Source of the DNA: Eledone cirrhosa
Lineage: Eukaryota
Length of the DNA: 64,000 bases
NCBI GenBank assembly: GCA_964016885.1
Contig: OZ024757.1
Span: 30,814,001 to 30,878,000 of the forward strand
Reading direction: 5' to 3'
Part shown: positions 38,901-52,925 of the stretch, in pieces
Layout of the letters: every line of letters starts with the position of its first letter
Numbering within the stretch: position 1 is the first letter of the stretch
Translations under genes and position numbers: made by a program
Notes under the pieces: model-generated
What the model saw: the letters and a program-made list of their open reading frames with translations, nothing else
Told to the model about the DNA's origin: nothing
The model's database searches: none

Positions 38901-39242
38901 CACAGTGTCCCTCTTGCACACCGTGTCCATTGCACAGTATATCTAATGCACAGGCTGAATGTGTTGAATTATGCATGTTACCGTATATAGTGTATATATA
39001 GTGTATATATATATATATATACACTATATACTGTAACATGCATAATTCAACACATTCAGCCTGTGCATTAGATATATATATATATATATATATATATTTT
39101 GAGTTTATGTTGGTTGTATACCAACACCTCAGTATGCAGGCTGGAGCACTCGACGAAGTGCGCAGGTTGGTTTGGTTACTCCGGAGTAGTGTAAAATAAA
39201 GTTAAATAAAAGTCAAATGATTAAAATTTAGCTTCGTTTATT

Positions 39243-39297
39243 ACTGCTATATATATTTCAGTGACAGCCATCTTTGGCTGTGACCTCTTCAGGCAGT
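39243..39297 (-). ncRNA. Hammerhead ribozyme (family G)
   Basis: Reverse complement of 39520-39574. Confidence 0.85.
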
Positions 39298-39519
39298 TTG
39301 AATTAGTATGGTATAGACAAGTACATATGTTGTTTAGGTGTATGATATTGTCAATACTCTGATATGCCCAGTTCCTTGTTGGGTTGTTAATTCACTGGGG
39401 AACTGGAGTCATATCAGAGTATTGAATTAACAACCCAACAAGGAACTGGGCATATCAGAGTATTGACAATATCATACACCTAAACAACATATGTACTTGT
39501 CTATACCATACTAATTCAA

Positions 39520-39574
39520 ACTGCCTGAAGAGGTCACAGCCAAAGATGGCTGTCACTGAAATATATATAGCAGT
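39520..39574 (+). ncRNA. Hammerhead ribozyme (family G)
   Basis: ACTGC-CTGAAGA-GGTcACAGCCA aaga TGGCTGTcACT-GAAA-TATATA-TA-GCAGT. Confidence 0.85.
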
Positions 39575-39769
39575 AATAAACGAAGCTAAATTTTAATCAT
39601 TTGACTTTTATTTAACTTTATTTTATATATATATATATATATATTGCAGAGTGTGGCTGACATTGGCTGTGTTGTACTGTACATGTGTTGCAGTATTTAT
39701 AAGTTGCAATATATGTTGGTTGCACTGTGTGTGTGTTGTCCTGTGTGTTTTTGTTTCATTGTGCATGTT

Positions 39770-41273
39770 ACACACCATTCCCACCTCAACACAACTACCA
39801 CCATCACCACCACCACACAACTACCACCACCACCACCACCACCTCAACACGACTACCACCACTACCACCTCAACACAACTACCACCACCACCACCACCAC
39901 CACCACCATCACCACCACCATCACACAACTACCACCACACAACTACAACAACACCACCACCACCACCCATCTACCACCACCACCTCAACACAACTACCAC
40001 CGCACAACTACAACAACCACCACCACCACCACCTCAACACAACCACCACCACTTTAACATCACAACCACTTTAACACAACTACCACCACCACCACCACCA
40101 CCACACAACTACCACCACCGCCACCACCACCACCACCACCACCACCACCACCACACCATCACCTCAACACCATCACCACCACAACCCAACTACCACCACC
40201 ACAACCCAACCACCTCAACACAGCCATCATGTTGTGGTGTTGTAATGGTGGTTGTGGTGGTGGTAGTTGTGGTGGTGATGGTGGTGATGGTGGTGGTGTT
40301 GTGGTGGTGATGGTGGTGGTGGTAGTTGTGGTGGTGGTGGTGTTGTGGTGGTGATGGTGATGGTGGTGGTGTTGTGGTGGTGATGGTGGTGGTGTTGTGT
40401 TGTGGTGGTGATGGTGGTGGTGATGTGTTGGTGATGGTGGTGATGTTGTGGTGGTGATGGAGGTGGTGGTAGTGTTGAGGTTGTGGTGATGGTGTTGATG
40501 GTAAGAATGGTAATGTGGTGGCGGTGACAATGCTGGTTATGATGTTGAGAGTAGTAGTGATGTTTGTGATGATGATGGTGGTGTTGCTAATGGTGATGCT
40601 GATGATGATAGTGATGATAATGATGATGTTAATGATGTTGTTGCTAATGGTGATGATGTTGGTGATGATGTTGCTAGGTTACAGCATTTAATTAGGAAAA
40701 AAAATTTACAAAAAATATTAAAATAAATCTATCGCAGATCAATTAAGTGTTTAACTTGGTGGTAGTGGTGGTGGTGGTGTTGGTAGTGGTGGTGGTAGTG
40801 TTGGTAGTGGTGGTGTTGGTGGTGGTGGTAGTGGTGGTGGTAGTGGTGGTGATGGTAGTGATTGTGGTGGTAGTGGTGGTGGTGGTGGTGGTAGTGGTAG
40901 TGGTGGTGGTAGTGATGGAGGTGTGATGGTGGTGGTGGTGGTGGTGTTGGTGGTGGTAGTGGTAGTGGTGGTGGTGGTGATGGTAGTGATTGTGGTGGTA
41001 GTGGTGGTGGTGGTAGTGGTAGTGGTAGTGGTGGTGGTAGTGATGGTGGTGGTGGTGATGGTGGTGGTGGTAGTGGTGGTGGTGGTAGTGGTGGTGGTAG
41101 TGGTGGTGGTGATGGTGGTGGTGTTGGTGGTGGTAGTGATGGTGGTGTGATGGTGGTGATGGTGGTGGTAGTGGTGGTGGTAGTGGTGGTGGTGGTGGTG
41201 GTAGTGTTGTTGGTGTTGGTGTTGGTGTTGGTGTTGTTGGTGTTGGTGATGGTAGTGGTGTTGATGGTGTTGA

Positions 41274-41308
<35 letters not shown>

Positions 41309-41930
41309 GTGGTGGTGATGGTGGTGTTGGTGATGGTGTTGTTGGTGGTGGTGGTGATGGTGGTATTGTTGATGTCGTTGTTGGTGGTGGTGTGGGAGTG
41401 TTGTTGGTGGTAGTGGTGGTGGTGGTAGTGGTGGTGGTGTTGGTGGTGGTGTTGATGGTGTTGATGATGGTGGTAGTGGTGTTGTTGTTGTTGGTGGGGT
41501 AGTAGTGGTGGTGGTGGCGTTTTTGTTGTTGGTGATGGTGTTGTTGGTGGTGTTGTTGTTGATAGTGGTGGTGGTGGTATTGATGGTGGTGGTGTTGTTG
41601 GTGGTGGTGGTGTTGTTGGTGGTGGTGGTGTTGTTGTTGGTGTTGGTGGTGGTGTTGTTGTTGGTGTTGGTGGTATTGGTGTCGGTGGTGGTGTTGATAT
41701 TGGTGTCGGGGTGGTGGTCGTGGTAGTGTTGATACTTGTGTTCTTGTTGGTGATGGTGGTGGTATTGTTGGTGTTGGTGGTATTGGTGTCGGTGGCGGTG
41801 GTGATATTGGTGTCGGTGTTGGCGGTGTTGCTGTTGATGGTGGTGTCGTTGGAGATGTTGATCTTGGTAGTGGTGTTGTTGGTGGTGATATGGTTGTTTC
41901 TTTTTATTGATTTTGGTGTTGTTGTTGTTG
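39770..41930. repeat. (CAC)n and (GGT)n low-complexity tracts
   Basis: Visible; polarity switches near 40225. Confidence 0.9.
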
Positions 41931-42603
41931 TGTGTGCATGTGTACATGAATACATGCAGGTGTAGAATGTGTTTGTGCACATTTGTACATGCACACAAGT
42001 GTATATGTACATGTGTATGCATACATGTGTATGTGTGTGCATCAGTGCACCTGTGTAGATTTGTGTGTATTTCCACATTAGTACATGTTTGTGTATGCAT
42101 ATGCACATATGTATATATGTATGTGCACATATGAGCATACATGCATGTGTAGATGTGTGCATCTGTGTGCATGTGTGCATCTGTGTTGACGAGTGAGTGT
42201 TTTTGTCCACATTTGTACATGTTTGTGTATGCAGGTCTGCATATGTATATATGTCTGTGCACACATATGCAGGCACACACGTGCAACTATGTGCAAGTGG
42301 GTGCACGTGCAAGTGCCAGAGGTCCTTCATAAAGGTGAGCCTCTGTTTGTTTGTTTGTTTGATGATGAATCTCATTAACTAATTAATAGTTAATGACAAA
42401 TTATCAAATTAATCAATACAATTAATAATAATAATAATCATAATAAAAATAACAACAAAGATATTAATAATTTTAAATACAATAACAAAAATGAAAGCTG
42501 CAATAGATTACACACTGCACAAATTCACTGCACATAACAGCGCTAGCTGCATTTCGTTGTGCAATAAAAGCATGTAATTGAAAAAAAAGAAATACTGAAA
42601 TAA

Positions 42604-43150
42604 TAATTGTTTCTACTTTTGGCACAAGGCCAGCAATTACCCCCAGTGCATTACTGGTACTTTATATTATCGAGCCCCCCCCCCTCGTAAGGATGGAAGG
42701 CAAAGTTAACTTCAGCGGGATTTGAACTCAGACCGTAAAGGGCCGTAACTCTGTGCCGCAAAGCATGGCATCTGACTCTCTACCGATACTACCAGAATAC
42801 TGAAATAATAAGGATAATAATTGTTTCTACTTTAGGCACAAGGCCAGCAATTTGAAGGGGAGGGGAAAATCGATTTCATCGACACCAGTGCATTACCAGT
42901 GCTTTATTTTATCGACCCCCGTAAGTATGAAAAAAGAAAGCTAACTTTGGCGGGATTTGAACTCTGAACGTAAAAGGCCGTAACAATGTGCCATGAAGCA
43001 GGGTGTCCGACCCTCTACTGATGCTGCCAATCCACTGCCCTTGATAATAATTGTTACTACTTTAGGCACAAGGCCAGCAATTACCCAGTGCATTACTGGT
43101 ACTTTATTTTATCGACCCCGTAAGGATGAAAGGCAAAGTCAACCTGCCCT
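42604..43150 (-). mobile_element. Three tandem Nin/Deu-like SINE copies (the last is partial)
   Basis: ATAATTGTTTCTACTTTWGGCACAAGGCCAGCAATT-type ends at about 42604, 42817 and 43048. Confidence 0.8.
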
Positions 43151-43740
43151 TGATAATAATAGTGATGATGATAATGATTCATATAAAAATGAGAAAATTC
43201 ATTGCTAGAACAGCTGTTAAAACAGCCAAATGCTATCAATGACAGCAAGATGGGAAAAAATGCCTCGAAGGACAGAGAGCAGAGGCCAGTTGTCAGCAGA
43301 GAGACATTCTATGAGGTGGGTGACAGGCAGATGAAATATAGAAAAGATTGACAGAGGAGTAGGACAAGGGGAAGTGTGTTGGTGGATAGAAGTGACTGGA
43401 AAAAAAAATTAAAGAAAGACGATGTACAAGACAAGTTCACACACACACATCTTCATCAGCTCAGAGACCAGCAAAATGGTTTCGCACAATTTAAATGAGA
43501 GTACCATAATGCTTATTCATTTGATAACAATCTATATTATAATAAGAATGCTGTCTGTCCATCCGCCCCTCGTTCCGTCATGCTCACTTTATATATCAAG
43601 CGTAAAACTAATAATATATTTCTTCATTGTACTGTGTCATTTGCTTTGTTTCTGTTTGCCTTTTGTATATATATATATATATACACAATGTAACTTAATA
43701 GTTAAACAAAGATGTTCTAAGGCCAATGTGATCAATTAAA

Positions 43741-43904
43741 TCATCATCATCATCATTTCATTTTACGTCCGCTTTTTCCCTGTGAAATAAAGTGTGAAAT
43801 AATGTGTCTTGCTCAAGGAAACAACACATCACCCAGTCTGAGAATTGAACTCACGACCTTTCGATTGCAAGGCCAATGCTCTAACCACCAAGCCATGTGC
43901 CTCC
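43741..43904 (-). mobile_element. Internally deleted SINE (head fused to tail)
   Basis: tRNA head and (GAT)n tail of the 58212 family, with the body missing. Confidence 0.8.
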
Positions 43905-43940
43905 ATATATATATATGTGTATATGTATATATATATATAT

Positions 43941-44204
43941 GGTGGTCGTGGAGGTGCCACGGCAAAAAAGCACCCAGCCCACACTGTAAAGTGGACGTGT
44001 AGGCGCCACGAAAAAGCACCCAGCACTCACTGTAAATGAGGTTGGTGTTAGGAAGGGCATCCAGCTGTAGAAATCAAGCCAAATCAGTTCCTGTATGAGC
44101 AAGGCATGGTCAGCCGACCAGACACTGCCCACAACAGGACAACCCGTCTAACCCATGCTAGCGTGGAAGAACAGACGTAAAACGGTGATGATGATGATGA
44201 TGAT
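43941..44204 (+). mobile_element. SINE 3' portion with (GAT)n tail
   Basis: GGTTGGTGTTAGGAAGGGCATCCAGCTGTAGAAA core; tail near-identical to 21238-21366. Confidence 0.8.
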
Positions 44205-44227
44205 ATGTATATATATATATATATATG

Positions 44228-44258
<31 letters not shown>

Positions 44259-44262
44259 ATAT

Positions 44263-44388
44263 AACGAAGGAATTGTGGTAAGGAACCAGATGGACCATAA
44301 CGCACCAGAGTACTCAATACTTAAGGTAGTAGAGTGGGTAATAGGAAAAAGTATGACCCCGACGGCAGAGCTCAAGCCGTTTCGACGG

Positions 44389-44390
<2 letters not shown>
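44263..44390 (-). mobile_element. Family J element with HHR 3' half
   Basis: Reverse complement of 11700-11826. Confidence 0.7.
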
Positions 44391-44434
<44 letters not shown>

Positions 44435-45291
44435 AAAAGAAATCGAAAATGCAACTGGAGTCTTGTTAAGAATATTTATTTATTTCCTTTACCGGTTTCA
44501 CAGTTCTTATGCTTTTCAAAAGTAAAATTGAGATGGAGGGTTTGTAGCTTACTAGTTTAACAAAAATGTACCGGGCGCCAATGTGCCCAACTAAATCAAG
44601 GTATGACCGCAGTTTAATGACTGGAACCAGTAAAACAACAAAAGACTATTGGAGTGCAGTAACAAAATGTAGAGAGATTCACTTCATGTAGCTGAATTTG
44701 GCAAGAACCATACAGATGGCTTATTTGGAAAATGTAGTGTATACAAGCACACAATCTGATTGGTCAAAGTGGTATTGTTGTTGTGTGTGTCAATGTGTGC
44801 ATATGTGCATGTATAAATGTATGTAATCACATGACTTATTTGGAAAATGCAGTGAATACCAAAAGAGAATATGATTGGTCAAAATGGTGGTGTTGTTGTT
44901 GGTGGTGTTGTTGTGTGTCAATGTGTACATATGTGCATGTGTACATATATACATTTATGCAACCACATCACTTATTCAGAAATGCAGTGAATGCCAAAAC
45001 AAAATATGATTGGTCGTAATTGCTTTTCACCCATATCTATTCACTCACTCACTCACTCACTCTCTCTCTTTCTCTTCTTTCATTTTAACAGAAGACAATT
45101 TCCTTGTATTCTAAGTATACATTCTCCATTATTAATAAATTGAATTTTTTGTTTCTAAATTTGATTTAACAGAAAATGTCACTCAGCTGTATCATCAACG
45201 GTGTTCTCTTTAAGAAGATATGCCTTCTAGGCAACATTTCAGTTAGGTAAGTACAAAACTCTGAACTACAACTTCAAACATAAATAAATCA

Positions 45292-45370
<79 letters not shown>

Positions 45371-45421
45371 CTACCTTGATTACATCTTAACCATTTAACA
45401 TCTCAGGGTATGTCATATATC

Positions 45422-45484
45422 ATTATATTTTGTCTGATGAGGACGTACTGTTGTACATCCGAAATATGTATAATAAAATGTAAT
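45422..45484 (+). ncRNA. Hammerhead ribozyme (family D; element 45370-45525)
   Basis: Identical to the motif at 11552-11614. Confidence 0.85.
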
Positions 45485-45519
45485 TGATAAAAAGAACATC
45501 TATTTTATTAATATTTGTA

Positions 45520-45577
<58 letters not shown>

Positions 45578-45818
45578 TTAAATGTAAGTACATATATTTC
45601 TATTCTCGTTTCTTTTTTTCTTTTACTTTTCATATTTGTTACATTTTTGCAAATTTCCTTCTTCCTCTCTGTTAGAAGAAGGTTTATAGCCTGAAACATT
45701 ATGGACTGACTTTTCCTCTCATATCTCCCGATAGTTCAATTAATATTCTCAGTTTGCACTAGCTTTTCTCTTGTTTACTATATATATATATATATATATA
45801 TAGTTTTAATATAGATGA

Positions 45819-45867
45819 GATTCTACAGGACTAGAACTGTTTCATTCTTTAGAAATCATCAGGAATC
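45819..45867 (-). ncRNA. Type I hammerhead ribozyme (family H; element about 45802-45915 in (TA)n)
   Basis: GATTC-CTGATGA-tTTC taaa GAAt-GAAA-CAG ttctagtc CTG-TA-GAATC; GUA site; weak stem II. Confidence 0.75.
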
Positions 45868-45911
45868 CTGATTACTTACTGTGGTTACCTCCGATTCAAC
45901 CCGGAATAACG

Positions 45912-45971
<60 letters not shown>

Positions 45972-46146
45972 CACATCCAGATGTATGTAGTGTGTGTATA
46001 TATATATATATATATGGATGTATGTGTCTATATATATATGCATACATAAAACATATATATATATATATATGTTTGTCTATATATATTTATGCATATGTAT
46101 AACTAATGTATATATGTGTACATAATACACATCCAGATGTATGTAG

Positions 46147-46191
<45 letters not shown>

Positions 46192-46464
46192 ATGTATGTG
46201 TCTATATATATATGCATACATAAAACATATATATATATATATATGTTTGTCTATATATATTTATGCATATGTATAACTAATGTATATATGTGTACATAAT
46301 ACACATCCAGATGTATGTAGTATGTGTATATATATATATATATATGGATGTATGTGTCTATATATATATGCATACATAAAACATATATATATATATATAT
46401 ATATGTTTGTCTATATATATTTATGCATATGTATAACTAATGTATATATGTGTACATAAATATG

Positions 46465-46524
<60 letters not shown>

Positions 46525-47299
46525 TATATATATGTATGTATGTAGAATAGATTCTCTGGGGAAATTTCATCAATTATAAAAAAGTTATCTCAGTGTTTTA
46601 AATTCTCTTTGGATTTAATTGGATAGGTGGGTGGGGTGGGGACGGGGACTGTGTTATATGAGGGGGGTGGGGGTGGGGCTGTGTTAAATATGTGTGTGTT
46701 ATATGGGAGGAAGAGATGTGTGTGCTATAAAGGAGTGTGTGTGTGTATGTGTAGGTGTGTGTTATATGAGTGAGGGGATGTGTGTGTGTGTGTGTATTAT
46801 AGGGTGTAGGGGTGTGTGTGTGTTATATGGGGGGAGGGGATGTGTGTGCTATAAAGGATAGTGTGTGTGTATGTATGTGTGTTATGAGTGAGGGGATTGT
46901 GTGTGTAGGGGTGTGTGTGTAGGTGTGTATGTGTGTTTTATGGGGGAGGGGATGTGTGTTATAGAGGAGGGGATGTATGTATATGTGTGTGTGTGTGTAT
47001 ATTGTAGAGGGAGGAGGAGATGTGTGTGTGTTATAGAGGGAGGAGGGGATGTGTGTGTTATAGAGGGAGGAGGGGATGTGTATTATAGAGGGAGGAGGGG
47101 ATGTGTGTGTGTTATAGAGGGAGGAGGGGATGTGTGTGTAACCTGAGGGAGGGGTTGTGTGTGCATGTTAGTAATTATATGGAGGTTTAGGGGCTGATGA
47201 GGGGCTGATGCAAGGGCAACAGGGCTTTTTGAGGTTTCTTTAATTATTTAAATTAGTCTTTCTTTCCTTCCCCTTATTCTCTTTATATCTATCTCATTA

Positions 47300-47348
<49 letters not shown>

Positions 47349-47933
47349 GGATGATTAATAAGAAAGAGACAGTAATAAACCTGATGTGAAGTTACAAAGC
47401 AGTGATAATGACATCAATAAAAGACAACCTAAGTGCAATTATTCAGGTTAAAACCCAAGAGATGAGGAGGAAGATTTGATAAATTCACTTTGTGTTTGTC
47501 AGTTTTTAGAGGCATGTATAGGTGAAGGGGGTGGTTCCTTAGTGATAATAGCAAAGGATGTGAATGATGGTGGTGTTGGTGATAATGGTGATGGTTATAA
47601 TTGTGATGGTGATTATAATGGTGGTGGTGGGAATAATAGTGACGTTTTATTTTCTTTTAAAAATGGATGGGAATATTTATTTAGAAATGTTATTAACTAT
47701 AAATTTTGCCAGCAATATTTTGAAAGGCACGAAAACAAACGCACGATGTATGCATATGTTTGTGTGTATATATATATATATATATATACATATATATGTA
47801 CACACATGCACACCCTTATGTACATATATATATGTATATATTTGTATAATATGTATATATTTGTATACACACACACATATATATATAGCAAAGGTAAAAA
47901 TATATATACAAAGCTCAAATGATTATATATTTG

Positions 47934-47968
<35 letters not shown>

Positions 47969-48015
47969 CAAAGGTAAAAATATATATACAAAGACCAAAT
48001 GATTATATATATATA

Positions 48016-48095
<80 letters not shown>

Positions 48096-48569
48096 CTTGG
48101 CTGCAATCAAAGCTTCGATGATGCTGTAGTAAATTTTATATATATATATATATATATAATCAAAGATTAAATAAACCATTCAATAATATATTGAATAAGC
48201 TTTATTCAGACCGTGATGATATGACATTGAGATAACCACAATAGCTACAACAGATAGAACTCCATAAAATAAATATTTCATGGGAGATTATAGGAGAAGA
48301 AAAGAGAAATAATTGTTGATTTTTTTAAAAACATTAAAACGTGAGTGTAAAGTATCAGCTACTTTTTCTCTGTTGTAAGCCTGATGTAATTATATGGAAC
48401 TTGTGATAATCCAGAGATATTGTTGGGTTCAAAATGGAAGTCCCCAGATGGAAATGAACTTGTGAAAATCTAGTTTAATTCTTCCCAATGGAAGAGTGAA
48501 ATTGGAAATTGATTGTAAAATTTGAATAATAATAATAATAATAGTAGTAATGATAATAGAAGTAATACT

Positions 48570-49050
48570 GATTTCTTTATTAGCCACACAGGACTCACAT
48601 TAAGGAAACATTAAAGACAATACAAGATGATATAGTGTGGTTTTTTTCTTGTGTAAAATAAAATTTATAAAAGAGATTAAGAAAATAAACATTTAAAACA
48701 AACATAACAACTTCCCCAAAGGTGAGGAGACTTTAAGGGTCACTTGAGTAGAAATCTCACAAAAACCACAGTCATCCAGTCCATTAGGGCAAAGTGCCTT
48801 CTCCTAGTCTTTCTACTCCAATCTACAGGCGTACACTCAAAGCAGGCCCATACACGGACCATACTCACCTCTCTCACCCACCTTTCAACAAACTGGTTGG
48901 AAGGCAGCACTTCCCTCTCCACCCTGATTTTCCTCTTCAAGTGAAATCTAAAAAAGTTAATCAGGGCTTCGCCAAAGGATAAGATGGCTGTCTTCAACCC
49001 TTTCAAATGCATCCACCGCACAACCTTTTTCGCCTTGGCCTCCAGAAAGG
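48570..49050 (-). mobile_element. L1/Tx1-like LINE 3' fragment
   Basis: KKVVRW..LKGL...FFRFHLKRKIRVEREVL...FVERW; homologous to 63529-63790; AATAAA and (TAT)n tail. Confidence 0.75.
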
Positions 49051-49878
49051 TATATAAATAAATAAATATATCAAAATATAACAAAATAAATTCCCCAATA
49101 GTGGGGGATGGGGGCAGTGAACCACCCAGGGATGACTTAAGTATCTCACCAGTCCTGAACCACCTGATTAAATTGACTCCAGTGCATTACCGGTACTTTA
49201 TTTCATGGGCCCTGTAAGGATGAAAGGCAAAGCTCACCTCAGCAGGATTTGAACTCAGAACGTAAAGGGACGTAACCACATGCCACAAAGCATACTGTCA
49301 TCTTATATTATCATCACCATCATCACCATTACCACCACCACTACCATCATCACCATCACCATCATCGTCATTACCACCACCACTACCATCATCACCATCA
49401 CCATCATCGTCATTACCACCAGCACTACCATCATCACCATCATCGTTATTACCACCAGCACTACCATCATCACCATCATCGTTATTACCACCAGCACTAC
49501 CACCATCACCATCATCGTTATTACCACCAGCACTACCACCATCACCATCACCATCATCGTCATTACCACCAGCACTACCATCATCACCATCACCATCATC
49601 GTCATTACCACCACCACTACCATCATCACCATCACCATCATCGTCATTACCACCAGCACTACCATCATCACCATCATCGTTATTACCACCAGCACTACCA
49701 TCATCACCATCATCACCATTACCACCAGCACTACCATCATAACCATCCCCACTACCATCATCATCATCATCCTCATCATCACCATTATTACAAATGGAAA
49801 GAATGGGAAGAAAAGAGTATGTGTGAGAGAGAGAGAGAGAGAGCTAAAGAGAGAGAGAATGGGAAGAAAAGAGTGTGT

Positions 49879-49921
<43 letters not shown>

Positions 49922-50020
49922 AATTATATAAAAATGAATTTAAAAGAATCTGCCAAAATTTGTGAGAAGAGAACATTAAGTGGAATATTTTTAGTGTTGA
50001 CATATTGTTGACATTACTGC

Positions 50021-50075
<55 letters not shown>

Positions 50076-52218
50076 GGAACAACAATAAACAACGTTAAAA
50101 CAACAACAACAACAACAACTATAAACAACATTAAAATAACAATAACAAACAATATTAAAACAACAATAATAATAATAAACATTAAAACAACGTTAAAACA
50201 ACAACAATAACAATAAACATTAAAACAATAATAATAATAAACATTAAAACAACATTAAAACAACAACAATAACAATAAACATTAAAACAATAATAATAAT
50301 AAACATTAAAACAACATTAAAACAACAACAATAACAATAAACATTAAAACAATAATAATAATAAACAATATTATAACAACAACAACATTAGTACTGCCAA
50401 CATTAGACAATAAAAAACAAACATCAACAATATACAACAAACATCAGTATAAAACAACAATAGACAATAATAACACCGACAACAAGTACTAAATGGCAGA
50501 CATTAGACAACAACAACAACAATAACAATAAACATTAAAGCAATAATAACAATAAACAATATTCAAACAACAACAACATTAGTACTGCCAACATTAGACA
50601 ACATTAAACAACAACAACAGTAAAAATAAACACTTAATGTTAAACAACAATAATGGAAATAACAACCAACATTAAAACAACAATAAATAAATAATAACAG
50701 CAACAAATGCTCAATGTTAACGATAATTGTTTCTACTTTTGGCACAAGGCCAGCAATTACCCCCAGTGTATTACTGGTACTTTATTTTATCGACCCCGTA
50801 TGTTAACAATAATGTTGAACAACAACAACAATAACAATAATAATAACAACAATGACAGCCACAGCAGTAAGAATAGCAACAACAACAACCACAACAGTAA
50901 TAACAATAACAAGTCATAACACCAATAACAACAGCCACAACAATAGCAATAACAACAATAAGAACAGCCACAACACCACCAATAACAACAGCCACAACAA
51001 CAACAACAATAACACCAATAACAACAGCCACAGCAACAACAACTACAGCTCCAACAACAATAACAACAGCCACAACAACAACAACAATAACACCAATAAC
51101 AACAGCCACAGCAACAACAACTACAGCTCCAACAACAATAATAACAGCCACAACAACAACAACTACAACAACAACAGCCACAACAACAACTACAGCTACA
51201 ACAACAATAACAACAGTCGCAACAACAATAACAACAGCCACAACAACAACAATAACAACAACAACAACAACTCAATATTAAACAGCCACAACAACAACAA
51301 TAAACACTTAACAACAACAACAAACAGGTTTCTATTTTTAAATGATCAGTTTTTATTTTGGAAAACTGATCAATAATTGAGTGTAAAAGATGGGGAATGG
51401 ATGATATTGTGTTATATTGATTGATTGATTGGTGGTGGTGGTAGTAGTAGTGGTGGTGGTGGTAGTGGTGGTGGTGGTGGTGGTGAGTTGGCTGCGGTGG
51501 TTGTAGTAGTAGTGGTGGTGGTAATGAGTAGTGATGGTGGTGGTGAGTTGGTTACGGTGGTGGTGGTTGTAGTAGTAGTAGTAGTGGTGGTGGTGGTAGT
51601 GAGTTGGTAGTGGTGGTGGTGGTGGTGGTGAGTTGGTTGCGGTGGTTGTAGTAGTGGTGGTGGTGGTGGTGGTGGTAGTGAGTTGGTAGTGGTGGTGAGT
51701 TGGTAGTGGTGGTGGTGGTGGTGAGTTGGTTGCGGTGGTGGTGGTTGTAGTAGTAGTGGTGGTGGTAGTGAGTTGGTAGTGGTGGTGGTGGTGAGTTGGT
51801 TGCGGTGGTTGTAGTAGTGGTGGTGGTGGTGGTGGTAGTGAGTTGGTGATGGTGGTGGTGAGTTGGTTACGGTGGTGGTGGTTGTAGTAGTAGTAGTAGT
51901 GGTGGTGGTGGTAGTGAGTTGGTAGTGGTGGTGGTGGTGGTGAGTTGGTTGCGGTGGTTGTAGTAGTGGTGGTGGTGGTGGTGGTGGTAGTGAGTTGGTA
52001 GTGGTGGTGAGTTGGTAGTGGTGGTGGTGGTGAGTTGGTTGCGGTGGTGGTGGTTGTAGTAGTAGTGGTGGTGGTAGTGAGTTGGTAGTGGTGGTGGTGG
52101 TCAGTTGGTTGCGGTGGTTGTAGTAGTAGTGGTGGTGGTGGTGGTAGTGAGTTGGTGGTGAGTTGGTAGTGGTGGTGGTGAGTTGGTTGCGGTGGTTGTA
52201 GTAGTAGTGGTGGTGGTG

Positions 52219-52925
52219 TGTTGGTGTTAGGAAGGGCATCTAGCCATAGAAACCATACTACCAGTACACACTCTAAAGTGGTTGGTATCAGGAAGGGCAT
52301 CCATCCATTGGAACCAAGCTTCCTCTAAATGCTGCAAAGTGGTTGGTGTCAGGAAGGGCATCCAGCCATAGAAACTAAGTTCCTGGTACACACTTTAAAG
52401 TGTTTGGTGTCAGGAAGGGCATCCAGCCATAGAAACTAAGTTCCTGGTACACACTTTAAAGTGTTTGGTGTCAGGAAGGGCATCCAGCCATAGAAACTAA
52501 GTTCCTGGTACACGCTTTAAAGTGGTTGGTGTCAGGAAGGGCATCCAGCCATAGAAACTAAGTTCCTGGTACACACTTTAAAGTGTTTGGTGTCAGGAAG
52601 GGCATCCAGCCGTAGAAACTAAGTTCCTGGTACACACTTTAAAGTGGTTGGTGTTAGGAAGGGCATCCAGCCATAGAAACTAAGTTCCTGGTACACACTT
52701 TAAAGTGGTTGGTGTTAGGAAGGGCATCCAGCCATAGAAACTAAGTTCCTGGTACACGCTTTAAAGTGGTTGGTGTTAGGAAGGGCATCCAGCCATAGAA
52801 ACTAAGTTCCTGGTACACGCTTTAAAGTGGTTGGTGTTAGGAAGGGCATCCAGCCACAGAAACCATGCTCCTAGTACGCTATCTAAAGTGGTTGTTGTTA
52901 GGAAGGACACCCAAATATAGAAACC
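52219..52925 (+). repeat. 61-bp tandem array (about 12 copies) from the SINE core, followed by a SINE tail to about 53050
   Basis: AGGAAGGGCATCC recurs at 52351, 52412, 52473 ... 52900. Confidence 0.9.

Larger units (their letters stand above)
39100..39625 (-). mobile_element. Penelope-like element family G with 203-bp perfect inverted arms
   Basis: Arms 39192-39394 and 39423-39625, 28-nt spacer, (TA)n on both sides. Confidence 0.8.

Noticed and set aside
40729-42375. Mucin- or extensin-like ORFs of about 500 aa
   Set aside because: (GGT)n and TG low-complexity DNA open in several frames. The ORFs at 8060-8652, 51353-52300 and 59511-61538 are rejected likewise.
44484-44530. Possible minus-strand HHR relic TTGAAAA..GAAACCGGTA
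   Set aside because: Two core substitutions and poor stems; not counted.
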